DNA from: an uncultured Anaerolineae bacterium
GTDB lineage: Bacteria; Chloroflexota; Anaerolineae; JAFGEY01
DNA: 64,000 bases
Assembly (NCBI GenBank): GCA_964481205.1
Contig: CAYZYE010000002.1
Coordinates: 3,532 to 67,531, forward strand
Direction of reading: 5' to 3'
Shown here: one piece after another, positions 45,901-55,785 of the stretch
Numbering within the stretch: the first letter of the stretch is position 1
How the letters are laid out: every line of letters begins with the position of its first letter
Notes under the pieces: generated by a model
Database searches by the model: none
What the model was told of the DNA's origin: nothing
Seen by the model: only the letters and a program-made list of their open reading frames with translations
Made by a program: the position numbers and the translations under genes

Positions 45901-46830
45901 ATGGACGCGCCAACCCCGCTCGCATTGGCGGCGCCGTTCATCACCATCCTGGTCTTGCTGCTCACCGGCGCGGGGATGCGCCGCTGGGGGATGGTCACGC
46001 CAGAGGGCGCGCGGCAAATGAGCAGCCTGGTGCTCAACGTGTCGCTGCCGCCCTTGATTTTCATCACCCTGGCCGCCGAGATCACGCCCCAAGAGCTGGG
46101 GCAGGCGCCGGCCCTCATTGTCTTGGGCATCGCCGGCACATTGCTCGGCTATGCCGTGGCGACGCTGCTGGGCCGCCTGCCCATATTTTCGGCCAGCGAC
46201 CGCCCAACGCTGCAAGCGATGACGGCGCTGACCAATACCGCTTTTATCGGCTATCCATTGTGCCGGGCGCTGCTGGGCGGGCAAGGGCTATTGTACGCGG
46301 TATTGTACGATGTTGGTTTGACGTTGGTGATGAGCACATTGAGTATCTGGTTACTCAGCCGTGGCGGTCAACGCGGCGGCTGGCAAGACCTGGCGCGCAG
46401 TCCAATGATGTGGGCGCTGCTGCTTGGTGTGGTTTGGGGTTTGTGCGGTTGGTCGATCCCCGCCTGGCTGCGGCAACCACTCGAGACATTGGGACAATGC
46501 ACCACGCCGCTGGCGCTCTTGACCGTGGGTATGCTGATCCGGCCGGCGCCGGCGGCAAAGCCAAAGAGTTTTTGGCGATTGACGGCGTTGTCTGTGGCGC
46601 GCCTCATCATCACGCCGGCATTGATCATGGGACTGGTGATCATGTTCAAGGTCAACCGCGTGACCGCCATCGTCGCCATTTTGCAGACCGCAATGCCCAC
46701 CGCCATTTGCACAACGGCGATGGTGCAACAGTACGGCGGCGACGGCGAGTTGGCGGCAGCGGGCGTCGTCTGGACGACAATGTTGTCCTTGATCACTTTG
46801 CCGGTGTGGAGCGTGAGCCTGGTCAGGTGA
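45901..46830 (+). CDS. AEC (auxin efflux carrier) family transporter
   Basis: About 10 TM helices. Typical AEC N- and C-terminal repeat halves. Confidence 0.75.
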   Translation: MDAPTPLALAAPFITILVLLLTGAGMRRWGMVTPEGARQMSSLVLNVSLPPLIFITLAAEITPQELGQAPALIVLGIAGTLLGYAVATLLGRLPIFSASDRPTLQAMTALTNTAFIGYPLCRALLGGQGLLYAVLYDVGLTLVMSTLSIWLLSRGGQRGGWQDLARSPMMWALLLGVVWGLCGWSIPAWLRQPLETLGQCTTPLALLTVGMLIRPAPAAKPKSFWRLTALSVARLIITPALIMGLVIMFKVNRVTAIVAILQTAMPTAICTTAMVQQYGGDGELAAAGVVWTTMLSLITLPVWSVSLVR

Positions 46831-47013
46831 AAAAAAGTTGGTGTTGGGCCGCCGTTCATCGACGCTGTGAGCGGTGATAGGATCGATAGATCAAAGGAGG
46901 TTTGTATGCCGGAACTGACAGACGGGTGTGTCAAGCCCGCAGGCGGGCCAGTGTTGCCCGCGCCAAAAGCAGCTGTCCCGGTTGCGGGAACAGCACCATC
47001 ACAGGAGGTCAAA

Positions 47014-47607
47014 ATGTTAGCGCGCGTTGGTCAAAAAGCCATTGATTTTGAAGCCACGGCCTTTGTCGCCGGAACGGGATTCAAACCGGTCAAACTGTCC
47101 GACTATGAGGGTAAATGGGTTGTGCTCTGTTTCTATCCGGGTGATTTCACCTTTGTTTGACCGACCGAATTGGCAGCGGTCGCTGCCCTTTATGCGGATT
47201 TTCAGGCGCTGGGTGTCGAGATATTGTCCTTGAGCACCGACAGTCGCTTTGTACACAAAATCTGGCAAGAACAAGAACTATCCAAGATGGTCGATGGCGG
47301 GGTGCCTTTTCCGATGCTCTCGGACGGCGGCGGCAAGATCGGCGCCGTCTATGGCGTGTACGATGAAATGGCCGGCGTCGACATCAGAGGACGGTTCATC
47401 ATCGATCCCGACTTTGTCATTCGGGCGATGGAAGTGCTGACCCCAGAAGTGGGACGCAACCCGGCCGAGTTGCTCCGGCAGATCAAGGCTTTCCAACACG
47501 TGCGCGAGACGGGTCAGGTCACTCCGTCGGGGTGGCAGCCCGGAGGGACCACACTCACACCAGGGCCGGATTTGGTGGGCGCGGTGTGGAAAGTTTGGAA
47601 ACCATAA
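47014..47607 (+). CDS. Peroxiredoxin (AhpC/TSA family) with an in-frame TGA at the peroxidatic Cys position: candidate selenocysteine-containing peroxiredoxin (PrxU-like)
   Basis: The reading frame is continuous across the TGA at 47158-47160: ...[14 protein letters not shown]-[TGA][14 protein letters not shown].... Canonical Prx blocks follow ([19 protein letters not shown]). AGGAGG RBS before the ATG. Confidence 0.7.
47171..47190 (+). promoter_or_regulatory. Candidate bacterial SECIS hairpin GGCAGCGGUCGCUGCC, starting ~12 nt after the UGA
   Basis: Perfect inverted repeat with a GGU-containing apical region. It resembles the E. coli fdhF SECIS upper stem-loop. Confidence 0.45.
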
Positions 47608-47751
47608 GCGCCGGCGAGTGAATTTGCCTGCCAGGCGGGAGGCGGCCCAACACCCGGCCTCTCGGTATTATTTTTCAAACGGCCCCCACCCGGCAACATT
47701 GGGTGGGGGTTGACCATTAGCGGTGCTATTGGCGCAAAAAAGGGAGTAAAT

Positions 47752-48834
47752 ATGAAGTCCAAGATCGGAATCGGTGTTCTCAGCCACGCACACGGGCATG
47801 CAAACGTATATTGCGATGTGATGCGGCGCTTTGAGGACGTGGAATTGATCGCCACCTGGGACGACAATGAGGCGCGGGGTAAAAAAGCCGCGCAAGCATA
47901 CGGGTTGCAATACCGCTCTCGCGCCGACGATGTGATCCAGGACCCCAAGATCGATGCGCTGATCGTGACTTGCGAGACCAACCGCCACGCCGAATTCATC
48001 GAGCGCGCTGCCGCAGCGGGCAAACACATTTTGTGTCAAAAGCCCATGGCGACGACGTTGGCGGATTGTGATCGGATCATTGACGCGGTGCGCAAACACG
48101 GGGTCAAGTTTAGCATGGCTTTCCAAATGCGTCATGACCCGGTCAACCAAAAGATCAAGGAACTGCTCGATCAAGGCGCAGTGGGCAACGTTGCCATCGT
48201 CCGCCGCCGGCACGCGATCAATGTGTTGCTCAATCCGGCTTTTTTCAACGGCCCCACGCGCTGGCACATCGACCCCGTGGCCAACGTGGGCATGTTTTTC
48301 GACGACGCCAGCCACGCCGCCGATTGGTTTTTGTGGATGTTGGGTATGCCGCGCAGCGTGAGCGCCGAGATCGACAATGTTGTGACCCACGTTGCGCCCG
48401 ATGACAATGGCATTGCCGTGTACCGCTTTCAAAAGGGCGAGATTGGCATTTTACTCAACTCGTCGACCACCGTGGCGGCGATCAGTACCACCGAGATTTA
48501 CGGCGATCAAGGCACTATTGTGCAGGATTACGGCGATCAGCCAGGCGCGATCACGCCTCGACCCAAGGGCGTCGCCCCGCTGCGGCTGATCCGTCAAGGG
48601 GACAAGGAATGGACCGAGTTTCCGTTTGCCATCCCGGCAAGCCAACGCGAGCGTCTGGCCAACGTGCCCCGCCCCTTTGTCGATTACGTGCGCGGCCTCA
48701 CCGGGCAGACGATCAGCGCCCAAGAGGGCCGCCAGTCGGTCGAGATGGTGCTTGGCGCATACCGGTCGGCGCAAGAAGGCCGGCGGATCACCTTTTCCAC
48801 CGGGGAGAGGGCAACCCACCCGGACCAGATTTGA
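47752..48834 (+). CDS. Gfo/Idh/MocA family NAD(P)-dependent oxidoreductase
   Basis: Rossmann N-terminus (KIGIGVLSHAHGH) and family-typical length. AAGGGAG RBS. Confidence 0.8.
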   Translation: MKSKIGIGVLSHAHGHANVYCDVMRRFEDVELIATWDDNEARGKKAAQAYGLQYRSRADDVIQDPKIDALIVTCETNRHAEFIERAAAAGKHILCQKPMATTLADCDRIIDAVRKHGVKFSMAFQMRHDPVNQKIKELLDQGAVGNVAIVRRRHAINVLLNPAFFNGPTRWHIDPVANVGMFFDDASHAADWFLWMLGMPRSVSAEIDNVVTHVAPDDNGIAVYRFQKGEIGILLNSSTTVAAISTTEIYGDQGTIVQDYGDQPGAITPRPKGVAPLRLIRQGDKEWTEFPFAIPASQRERLANVPRPFVDYVRGLTGQTISAQEGRQSVEMVLGAYRSAQEGRRITFSTGERATHPDQI

Positions 48835-48836
48835 CG

Positions 48837-48938
48837 AGTGTATTTCACCTTTATGGCGAACCCGGGCCTCGGAATTTCTATTCCGAGGCTGCGGAATCCC
48901 CATTCCGCCGTCACCCCCTGACCCCCAAAGTGAAATAT
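48837..48938. repeat. Repeat family 2-related element, copy C (GTATTTCAC...GTGAAATA termini, internal hairpins)
   Basis: Termini match copies A and B. The inside carries CCTCGGAAT/ATTCCGAGG and GCGGAAT/ATTCCGC stems. Confidence 0.4.
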
Positions 48939-49028
48939 GCCCGGTTTGATATTCCCCTTGTCAACGGGCTTGCAGTTGTGATACAATACAATTGGGTGTG
49001 TCTCAAACAAGTCAAGTTGGTAGGATAG

Positions 49029-49201
49029 CAGGGCTGTTCAATTCTACAATCCAGCGGTTGAAACCGCGCTTGGCGAGCCGTTTGCTGGTCGTCCCCCTAC
49101 GGCGACGAGTCCACGCCAGTGATGGCGTCCACGCAGGTAGGACGCCCGGCTTCAGCCCGCCAGCAGTGACTTTAGTCACAAATTAGAATTGAACAGCCCT
49201 G
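49029..49201. mobile_element. MITE-like repeat, family 1, copy 3 (long form, inverted orientation)
   Basis: Same TIRs. Flanked by a 10-bp direct repeat GGTAG(G/C)ATAG. It is inserted into a family 2 repeat. Confidence 0.75.
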
Positions 49202-49368
49202 GGTAGCATAGCCCCTCGTGGGCGCTTGATGGGCCACCCAGCGGGCACAAGTCCTTACACCAGAAGCGTGCTGCTTGCGCCGGACCGGCTCGCCGACGGG
49301 GATTTGACAATCCCCTTGGAGCGCAGCCGATGAGGGGCTATGCTACAGACGCCCAAATCATCTTGTGC
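49202..49368. repeat. Repeat family 2-related sequence, copy D, split into a long inverted pair (GTAGCATAGCCCCTC ... GAGGGGCTATGCTAC)
   Basis: Core motif present twice in opposite orientation, about 100 nt apart. Confidence 0.4.
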
Positions 49369-49395
49369 CCGGTCAACAATCCTTGAGGTGAGAGC

Positions 49396-50262
49396 ATGGA
49401 AATCAATCTTGCTGATGAACGCGCCTTGCTGCTCAACGCGCAACTCTCGATGGAGCAGGCCCAAGGTCGCGCCTGGGGCAACAAACTCGACGCCTTTGGC
49501 AAACTGCTTCGCGTCGCCACTTTTTTTTCACGGCCCGCGGACGACGATTTCGACCTGGTTTACAAGGAACAACGCTACCAACCGTTTTGGCACATTGTTT
49601 GTACATCACATTACGAATACGAACGCAGCAAGCAGTACAAACTGGCCGTCAGCGGCCCGCAGGTCCAATCGGTCACGATCGAAGGGATGAGTTTTGACGC
49701 GGCCAACGGCTCTGTGGCCTTGACCGGGCTGGAATACTGCCGCGAAGAGATGCGCCGCGAGGTATTGATCGACGGGTTTACCAATCAAGCCGATCCGGGG
49801 CTGGCCGAATACCTCAAATTTGAAGCAACCGAGATCCCCGAAGAAAATTTGGATGACCTGGCTACCGAGAAAACGATCGTGGTGCCGCCGCAGGCGCGCG
49901 CGTCGGCCGTGGTCCGCGATATTTTGATCGGGATGATTAAAAGCATCCAGGCAGACCGCATCATCGAGGATCGGATCGATGTGGAACGGGTGGACTTGTA
50001 CTATCGCCCGGTCTATGCATTTCAATACCGGTGGCGCTCCAAAGAGCGCGAAGCGATCATTGAATACGACGGGGTGACGGGCAAACTGCAAACCGATGGC
50101 AAGACATTTCAACAATATGTCGGCAAGATCGTCGATCCCGAATTTCTGTTCGATATCGGGCTGGACACCATCGACCTGCTGGTGCCGGGCGGTGGACTGG
50201 CGATCAAATTGGCGAGAAAAGGCATTCAAGTGGCCCAGAGCCATAAAAAGGAACAAACATGA
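49396..50262 (+). CDS. Hypothetical protein
   Basis: 288-aa ORF with a GAGGTGAG RBS. No family recognised. Confidence 0.5.
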   Translation: MEINLADERALLLNAQLSMEQAQGRAWGNKLDAFGKLLRVATFFSRPADDDFDLVYKEQRYQPFWHIVCTSHYEYERSKQYKLAVSGPQVQSVTIEGMSFDAANGSVALTGLEYCREEMRREVLIDGFTNQADPGLAEYLKFEATEIPEENLDDLATEKTIVVPPQARASAVVRDILIGMIKSIQADRIIEDRIDVERVDLYYRPVYAFQYRWRSKEREAIIEYDGVTGKLQTDGKTFQQYVGKIVDPEFLFDIGLDTIDLLVPGGGLAIKLARKGIQVAQSHKKEQT

Positions 50263-50290
50263 TGCGTTTTGCCGCAAACAAAAGGAGACA

Positions 50291-51133
50291 ATGATGTCCA
50301 AATCGGGAAAAAAATCAGAGACGCAAACGCTGTCTCAAGACGTCAAGGCCAAGTCTCACAAGATCAAAACCAAAGTCTATGAACGCGAGTTGCGAAAACT
50401 GCACGTCGAGTTGGTCAAGCTGCAAGAATGGGTCAAGGCCCAGGGTCTCAAGGTCGTCGTCATTTTTGAGGGGCGTGACGCGGCCGGCAAAGGGGGCGTG
50501 ATCAAACGCATCACCGAAACGCTCAACCCGCGTTACTGCCGCGTGGTGGCGCTGGGCGTTCCCACCGAACGGGAAAAAAGCCAGTGGTACTTTCAACGCT
50601 ATGTCGCCCACCTCCCTGCCGGAGGCGAGATCGTGCTTTTTGACCGGAGCTGGTACAATCGCGCCCTGGTCGAACACGTGATGGGCTTTTGCACCCAGAC
50701 GGAATATCGCGAGTTTCTGCGTTCTTGCCCCGAATTCGAGCGGATGTTGATTCGTTCGGGCCTGATCTTGATCAAGTACTGGTTTTCGGTCAGCGATGAA
50801 GAACAGGAACAACGTTTCCAGGCGCGGATCAACGACCGCGCCAAACGGTGGAAGCTCAGCCCGATGGACCTGGAAGCGCGCACCAAGTGGGTCGAATACT
50901 CGAAAGCCAAAGATACAATGTTTGCCTCAACCGACATCAAACAATCGCCGTGGTACGTGGTCAATGCAGACAATAAAAAACTGGCCCGGCTCAACTGTAT
51001 CCACCATCTGCTGGGGATGATCCCCTACCAGGACTTGACGCCAGAGCCGATCGATCTGCCGCCGCGCCAACCGGACGGAGGATATGTCCGCCCGCCGTTT
51101 ACGGATCAAACCTTTGTGCCAGAGGTGTACTAG
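50291..51133 (+). CDS. Polyphosphate kinase 2 (PPK2) family protein
   Basis: Walker A (GRDAAGKGG) and the PPK2 lid region (DRSWYNRALVEHV). AAAGGAG RBS. Confidence 0.85.
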   Translation: MMSKSGKKSETQTLSQDVKAKSHKIKTKVYERELRKLHVELVKLQEWVKAQGLKVVVIFEGRDAAGKGGVIKRITETLNPRYCRVVALGVPTEREKSQWYFQRYVAHLPAGGEIVLFDRSWYNRALVEHVMGFCTQTEYREFLRSCPEFERMLIRSGLILIKYWFSVSDEEQEQRFQARINDRAKRWKLSPMDLEARTKWVEYSKAKDTMFASTDIKQSPWYVVNADNKKLARLNCIHHLLGMIPYQDLTPEPIDLPPRQPDGGYVRPPFTDQTFVPEVY

Positions 51134-51185
51134 GGAAAAACCCGAGATTAACCGCCACATCACGCCCAACCAGGGAGCATAAAGA

Positions 51186-51620
51186 ATGCAAGCTCAGGAC
51201 ATTATGCGTTCCAAAGTACAATATGTTTCCGAGACAACGACGCTGCGCGAACTCAGCCACGCCTTTCGCCGTTACAGCGTGACCACCCTGGCCGTTGTCG
51301 ATGACCAAACGCGCCTGGTTGGCGTCGTCAACGAAGACGACTTGCTGCGGGCAATGATGCCCAGCTATTCCGAGCTGCATGACAACCTGAATTACATGCA
51401 GGATTACGAATACCTCGAAGATCGCGCCCAAGAAGTAGAAAACCTGGCGGTGCGCGAGATTATGATCAGAGGCACCATCAGCGTGCCGCCGACCGCGCCG
51501 CTGCTGCGGTTGGTGTCGCTCTTTTTGCTAAAATCCTATTCGCACATTCCGGTGGTCGATCGCGGCAAGATCATCGGCGTGGTCACCCGAACCGACATTT
51601 GCGAACTGATGTTCAACTAG
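51186..51620 (+). CDS. CBS domain pair protein
   Basis: Two CBS motifs (LAVVDDQTRLVGVVNEDDLL; IPVVDRGKIIGVVTRTDI). Confidence 0.8.
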   Translation: MQAQDIMRSKVQYVSETTTLRELSHAFRRYSVTTLAVVDDQTRLVGVVNEDDLLRAMMPSYSELHDNLNYMQDYEYLEDRAQEVENLAVREIMIRGTISVPPTAPLLRLVSLFLLKSYSHIPVVDRGKIIGVVTRTDICELMFN

Positions 51621-51635
51621 CCGCGCACAACACAA

Positions 51636-51700
51636 AAAGGCCCGTGTCGACGCTCTCACCCACCGGTGAGTTGCCAACACGGGCCTTTTGCACTGCCCAA
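51636..51700. terminator. Bidirectional terminator-like long hairpin (AAAAGGCCCGTGT...ACACGGGCCTTTTG) between convergent genes
   Basis: 13-bp perfect stem flanked by A/T runs. Confidence 0.5.
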
Positions 51701-51747
51701 GATCACGGCCGCAAAAACAAGCGGCCGCAAAAACAAGCGCCAAAAAG

Positions 51748-52140
51748 CTAGCGTTTGGTGTACTGGGGCGCTTTGCGTGCGCGCTTGAGACCTGGCTTTT
51801 TCCGCTCCTTGACACGGGGGTCGCGGGTCAAAAAGCCGCCTTTGCGCAGCACCGGACGCAGTTCGGGGTCACTCTTGAGCAATGCGCGCGCCAACCCCTG
51901 GCGAACGGCCCCTGCCTGCCCGGTCATACCACCGCCCTGAACGTGTACGCTGACGAAAAAGTTACCCGCCAGCCCGGTCGCCTCCAACGGCCCTCTCAAC
52001 ACATTTGTGTCGCCAAAGCGAGAAAAATAGGCCTCGACCGGCCGATCGTTGATCATGATCTGGCCCAACTCGCCGTCGGTGTACAACCGTACCCGCGCCG
52101 TCGCTGCTTTTCGTCGCCCAACACCTTCATAATATGCCAT
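51748..52140 (-). CDS. rpsI: 30S ribosomal protein S9
   Basis: Full-length S9 sequence ending in ...APQYTKR. Confidence 0.95.
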   Translation of the reverse strand: MAYYEGVGRRKAATARVRLYTDGELGQIMINDRPVEAYFSRFGDTNVLRGPLEATGLAGNFFVSVHVQGGGMTGQAGAVRQGLARALLKSDPELRPVLRKGGFLTRDPRVKERKKPGLKRARKAPQYTKR

Positions 52141-52195
52141 CTGCTTCTCCTAACCTGGATAAATCAAAACCAAACAAGACCGCGCCGGTCAGTCC

Positions 52196-52624
52196 CTAAA
52201 ACTCGAAAGCCTTGGGCTGCTGCGCCTGATGTGGATGCTCCGAACCGGCATACACTTTGAGCTTTTTGATGATTTTACGCCCCAGCCGGTTGTGCGGCAA
52301 CATCCCCTTGACCGCTTGCTTGATCACCAAATCGGGATGCCGCTTGAGCTGCTCGCGCAAATTGCGCTCCTTGAGACCGCCAATGTATCCAGAGTGACGA
52401 TAATACATCTTTTGATCCAACTTGCGCCCGGTCACTCGGATCTTGTCCGCATTGACAACAATCACAAAATCTCCCAAGTCAAGGTGGGGGCTAAAAGCAA
52501 CCTTGTGCTTGCCTCGTAAAACCTGCGCTATTTTAGACGCCAACCGGCCCAAAGTTTTTCCTTCAGCATCAACGACATACCACTCGCGTTGAATATCACC
52601 TGTCTTTACCATAAATGTCTTCAC
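52196..52624 (-). CDS. rplM: 50S ribosomal protein L13
   Basis: Full-length L13 sequence. Confidence 0.95.
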   Translation of the reverse strand: MKTFMVKTGDIQREWYVVDAEGKTLGRLASKIAQVLRGKHKVAFSPHLDLGDFVIVVNADKIRVTGRKLDQKMYYRHSGYIGGLKERNLREQLKRHPDLVIKQAVKGMLPHNRLGRKIIKKLKVYAGSEHPHQAQQPKAFEF

Positions 52625-52636
52625 CTTGATACTCCT

Positions 52637-53404
52637 TCAATAATGTACCGCCATCAGGCATAACCCATTTGCCGGCGCCGTGGGGCCGGCCATACTGCGC
52701 CTGGCCGAGGCCAGACGGATCGCAAACTCGTCTGTAGACAGAGCGCCTCTCCCCACCCGAAGCAGTGTACCCACAATGCTTCGAACCATTCGGTAGAGGA
52801 ATGCGTTTGCCGTGATCTCGAAATAAAGCACATCCCCTTTACCCGTCCACGCGCTCCGAATCACCCGCCGCACCGTGTTTGTCCCCTGTGGCGGGCGGCC
52901 AAACGTTGCAAAATCATGTTCGCCCAACAACGATCGCGCCGCTTGCGCCATCGCCGCCACATCAAGCGGCTGCGGAACCCAATGCGCGGTTCGCCGCAGC
53001 AACGGCATTCTGATCGGATGACGCCAAATGGTATACCGGTACGTCCGGCTCGTCGCGCTGTAGCGGGGATGAAACCCCGCATCGGCCTCGGACAAGGACA
53101 AAACAGCAACGTCGCGAGCGAGAACCGCATTCCAGCCCCGGTGCAAAGCCGCAAGCGGACGATTCCAATGGACGCGAAAAGCGATCACCTGCCCCTGGGC
53201 ATGCACGCCGCTGTCGGTGCGCCCGGCGCCAACCACCCGAACCGGTGTTTGCGTGATTCGGGCCAGCGCCGCTTCCAACTCGCCCTGAACGGTGCGCTGC
53301 CCAACCTGAATCTGAAACCCACAAAAATCAGTGCCGTCATAAGCAACCGTCGCGCGGCAAAACAGCGTATCCTGCGCTCCGGCGACCGGCACGCTAGCCC
53401 TCAA
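52637..53404 (-). CDS. truA: tRNA pseudouridine(38-40) synthase TruA
   Basis: TruA motifs (GRTDSGVHA). Confidence 0.85.
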   Translation of the reverse strand: MRASVPVAGAQDTLFCRATVAYDGTDFCGFQIQVGQRTVQGELEAALARITQTPVRVVGAGRTDSGVHAQGQVIAFRVHWNRPLAALHRGWNAVLARDVAVLSLSEADAGFHPRYSATSRTYRYTIWRHPIRMPLLRRTAHWVPQPLDVAAMAQAARSLLGEHDFATFGRPPQGTNTVRRVIRSAWTGKGDVLYFEITANAFLYRMVRSIVGTLLRVGRGALSTDEFAIRLASARRSMAGPTAPANGLCLMAVHY

Positions 53405-53930
53405 CCAACTCGATCAAGGCCATCTTGGCCGCATCGCCTTTGCGCATACCAAGCTTGAAAATGCGAGTGTACCCACCGGGTCGATCCTGATACCGCGGCC
53501 CCAACTCGTCAAACAACCGCCGCACCACCGCCGGCTCGTTCAATTTGGCCGCAGCCTGACGCCGCGCATGCACACCCATACCCCGCACCACCGCCTCCAA
53601 CTCGGCGTCCCTGGCCTCGCGCTCTTGCTCGGTCAGGCCGGCCTCTTGTGCCGCCTCGACCAAAGCCAACAACTTTTGCGCACGCTTTTTCTGCACCAAC
53701 GCGGCAAGCCCCTGTTCATCTTGGGACCTGGCGAGACTGAGGATCGTCTCGGTCTGCCCGCGCCGCGAGAGCGTGATCAGTTTTTCTGCCTGCCCCCGAA
53801 TCGCGCGCGCTTTGGCGTCGGTGGTCTGCACGCGCCCATGTTTGAACAGCGCAGTGATCAAATTCCGGTACAACGCTTTTCTATGTCCGCCGGAGCGGCT
53901 CAATCTTTTTCCTGCTACACGATGCCTCAT
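53394..53930 (-). CDS. rplQ: 50S ribosomal protein L17, with an internal insertion
   Basis: MRHRVAGKRLSR...YTRIFKLGMRKGD. Confidence 0.9.
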   Translation of the reverse strand: MRHRVAGKRLSRSGGHRKALYRNLITALFKHGRVQTTDAKARAIRGQAEKLITLSRRGQTETILSLARSQDEQGLAALVQKKRAQKLLALVEAAQEAGLTEQEREARDAELEAVVRGMGVHARRQAAAKLNEPAVVRRLFDELGPRYQDRPGGYTRIFKLGMRKGDAAKMALIELVEG

Positions 53931-53950
53931 CTTCAAACTCTCTCTTTACT

Positions 53951-54898
53951 CTAAAACTCGTATTCGCCTTCAGCCAAAAAGCCCTTTTCAACCAGTTTGT
54001 CGTTCAATTCGACCAACGATTTGACCCCAAAGTTGCGGATCGCCAACATTTCGTCGGTGCCCTTGGCCATCTTGTCCAACACTTCGCCAACCTGGGTGAT
54101 CCCGGTCCGTTTCAGACAGTTGTAGACGCGCACGCTCAAGTCCAATTCTTCGATCGGCGTGTCATGTTGCGATGCAACCTCTTCCTCTTCTTCGACGATG
54201 ACCGGTTCTTCGACCACAATGGCCTCGACGCCGGCAAAAATCGCCAGATGGCGCACCAACAGTTGCGCCGCCTTGCTCAATGCGTCTTGCGGGCGAATGG
54301 TGCCGTCGGTCCAAATTTCCAGAGTCAGCCGATCAAAGTTGGTCATCTGCCCAACGCGCGCCGGGTCTACATCGTAATTCACTTTGCGCACCGGACTGAA
54401 AATGGCATCGACCGGCAGTTCACCGATGGGCAACTTGGTACGTTCCCCGGTCGGCGAATACCCCCGCCCCACCTCAACCGTCATTTCAATGTCCAACTCG
54501 GTATCGGGCAAATCGACGGTGAACAATTCGAGATCGGGGTTCACCACTTCGACCTCTGGCGGGCACTTCAAATCGCCGGCGGTCACTGTACCGGCGCCGC
54601 GCACCGGCAGTTGAAGCCGCATCGGCTCATCTGCATACATTTTGAAACGGATCTGTTTGACATTCAACAACAACACAATGAGGTCTTGACGAACGCCCGG
54701 AATCGTCGAAAACTCGTGTGGCACATCTTCCACCCGAATCGATGTCACGGCGGCGCCGATCAGAGACGACAACAACACCCGTCTCAACGCATTACCCAAT
54801 GTCGTCCCATAGCCGTTTTCCAGCGGGCTGATCACAAACCGACCATACTGTTGAGTCCCAACTTCACATTCGATTGTGGGCAATACCAAATTCAACAA
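53951..54898 (-). CDS. rpoA: DNA-directed RNA polymerase subunit alpha
   Basis: Full-length RpoA including the alpha-CTD. Confidence 0.95.
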   Translation of the reverse strand: MLNLVLPTIECEVGTQQYGRFVISPLENGYGTTLGNALRRVLLSSLIGAAVTSIRVEDVPHEFSTIPGVRQDLIVLLLNVKQIRFKMYADEPMRLQLPVRGAGTVTAGDLKCPPEVEVVNPDLELFTVDLPDTELDIEMTVEVGRGYSPTGERTKLPIGELPVDAIFSPVRKVNYDVDPARVGQMTNFDRLTLEIWTDGTIRPQDALSKAAQLLVRHLAIFAGVEAIVVEEPVIVEEEEEVASQHDTPIEELDLSVRVYNCLKRTGITQVGEVLDKMAKGTDEMLAIRNFGVKSLVELNDKLVEKGFLAEGEYEF

Positions 54899-54988
54899 TG
54901 CACACCCTCCTCACTCCGCAATACTGCGGCGCTGACGATCCAGCGTCCTGATCGCATCACGACCAATGACACTGCATCTCAAACCTCG

Positions 54989-55627
54989 CTACCGGCTGTA
55001 AAATTCGACAACGAGCTGCTCGTTCAAAGCCAGATCGATCTGATCGCGCGCCGGGTATTCGACAACGCGGCCGGTCATATCCATAGGATCGAACGACAAC
55101 CAGGGTGGCACGGCCTTGGCGGCGCCCGCCTCGGCCAGGTCCTTGAAATACGTCGAACTGCGGCTGGTTGGATGAATGGAAACCACATCCCCCGGCTTGA
55201 GCAGCGCAGACGGAATATCGCAACGCCGGCCATTGAGATCAAAATGCCCGTGAGAGACCAGCTGCCGCGCCTGAACGCGAGACACGGCCAATCCCAAACG
55301 ATAGACGACGTTGTCCAGACGCGACTCGAGAATGACCATCAAGTTGGTACCCGTCATCCCCTTCCGGCGCATCGCTTCCTTGTAATAACGACGGAACTGC
55401 CTTTCGAGCACGCCATAAATGCGGCGCATTTTTTGTTTTTCTCGCAACTGCATTGCATAAGCCGTTGCGCGCCGCCGGCGGAACATGTGTTCGCGGCCAC
55501 GCTCGCCCGGTGGATATGCGCGCCGCTCCATCGCACACTTTGGCGAAAAGCAACGCTCGCCCTTGAGAAATAGCTTGGCGCCTTCTCGCCGGCACAACTT
55601 GCACGCTGGCCCAATATATCTTGCCAT
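54989..55627 (-). CDS. rpsD: 30S ribosomal protein S4
   Basis: [16 protein letters not shown]... with a zinc-finger N-terminus. Confidence 0.95.
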   Translation of the reverse strand: MARYIGPACKLCRREGAKLFLKGERCFSPKCAMERRAYPPGERGREHMFRRRRATAYAMQLREKQKMRRIYGVLERQFRRYYKEAMRRKGMTGTNLMVILESRLDNVVYRLGLAVSRVQARQLVSHGHFDLNGRRCDIPSALLKPGDVVSIHPTSRSSTYFKDLAEAGAAKAVPPWLSFDPMDMTGRVVEYPARDQIDLALNEQLVVEFYSR

Positions 55628-55785
55628 TCTGCCTCCTACTTGTCAGTAGATGGAAAACCTAGACACCACAAAGAATACAAACATATCTTGTTATTTGTAA
55701 AATTCGCTGACTAGAGTTATTCGTAATCGATATACCCGCGTCTACAAGCCCGGCCTGCAAACGCCTTCAACATAATGACCAAGTC

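Noticed and set aside
47158-47160. The possibility that the peroxiredoxin is a pseudogene split by a nonsense mutation
   Set aside because: It is not fully excluded, since TGC to TGA is one substitution. Against it: the frame is intact, the TGA sits exactly at the catalytic Cys codon, and a SECIS-like hairpin follows at the canonical distance. Selenocysteine is therefore the preferred reading.
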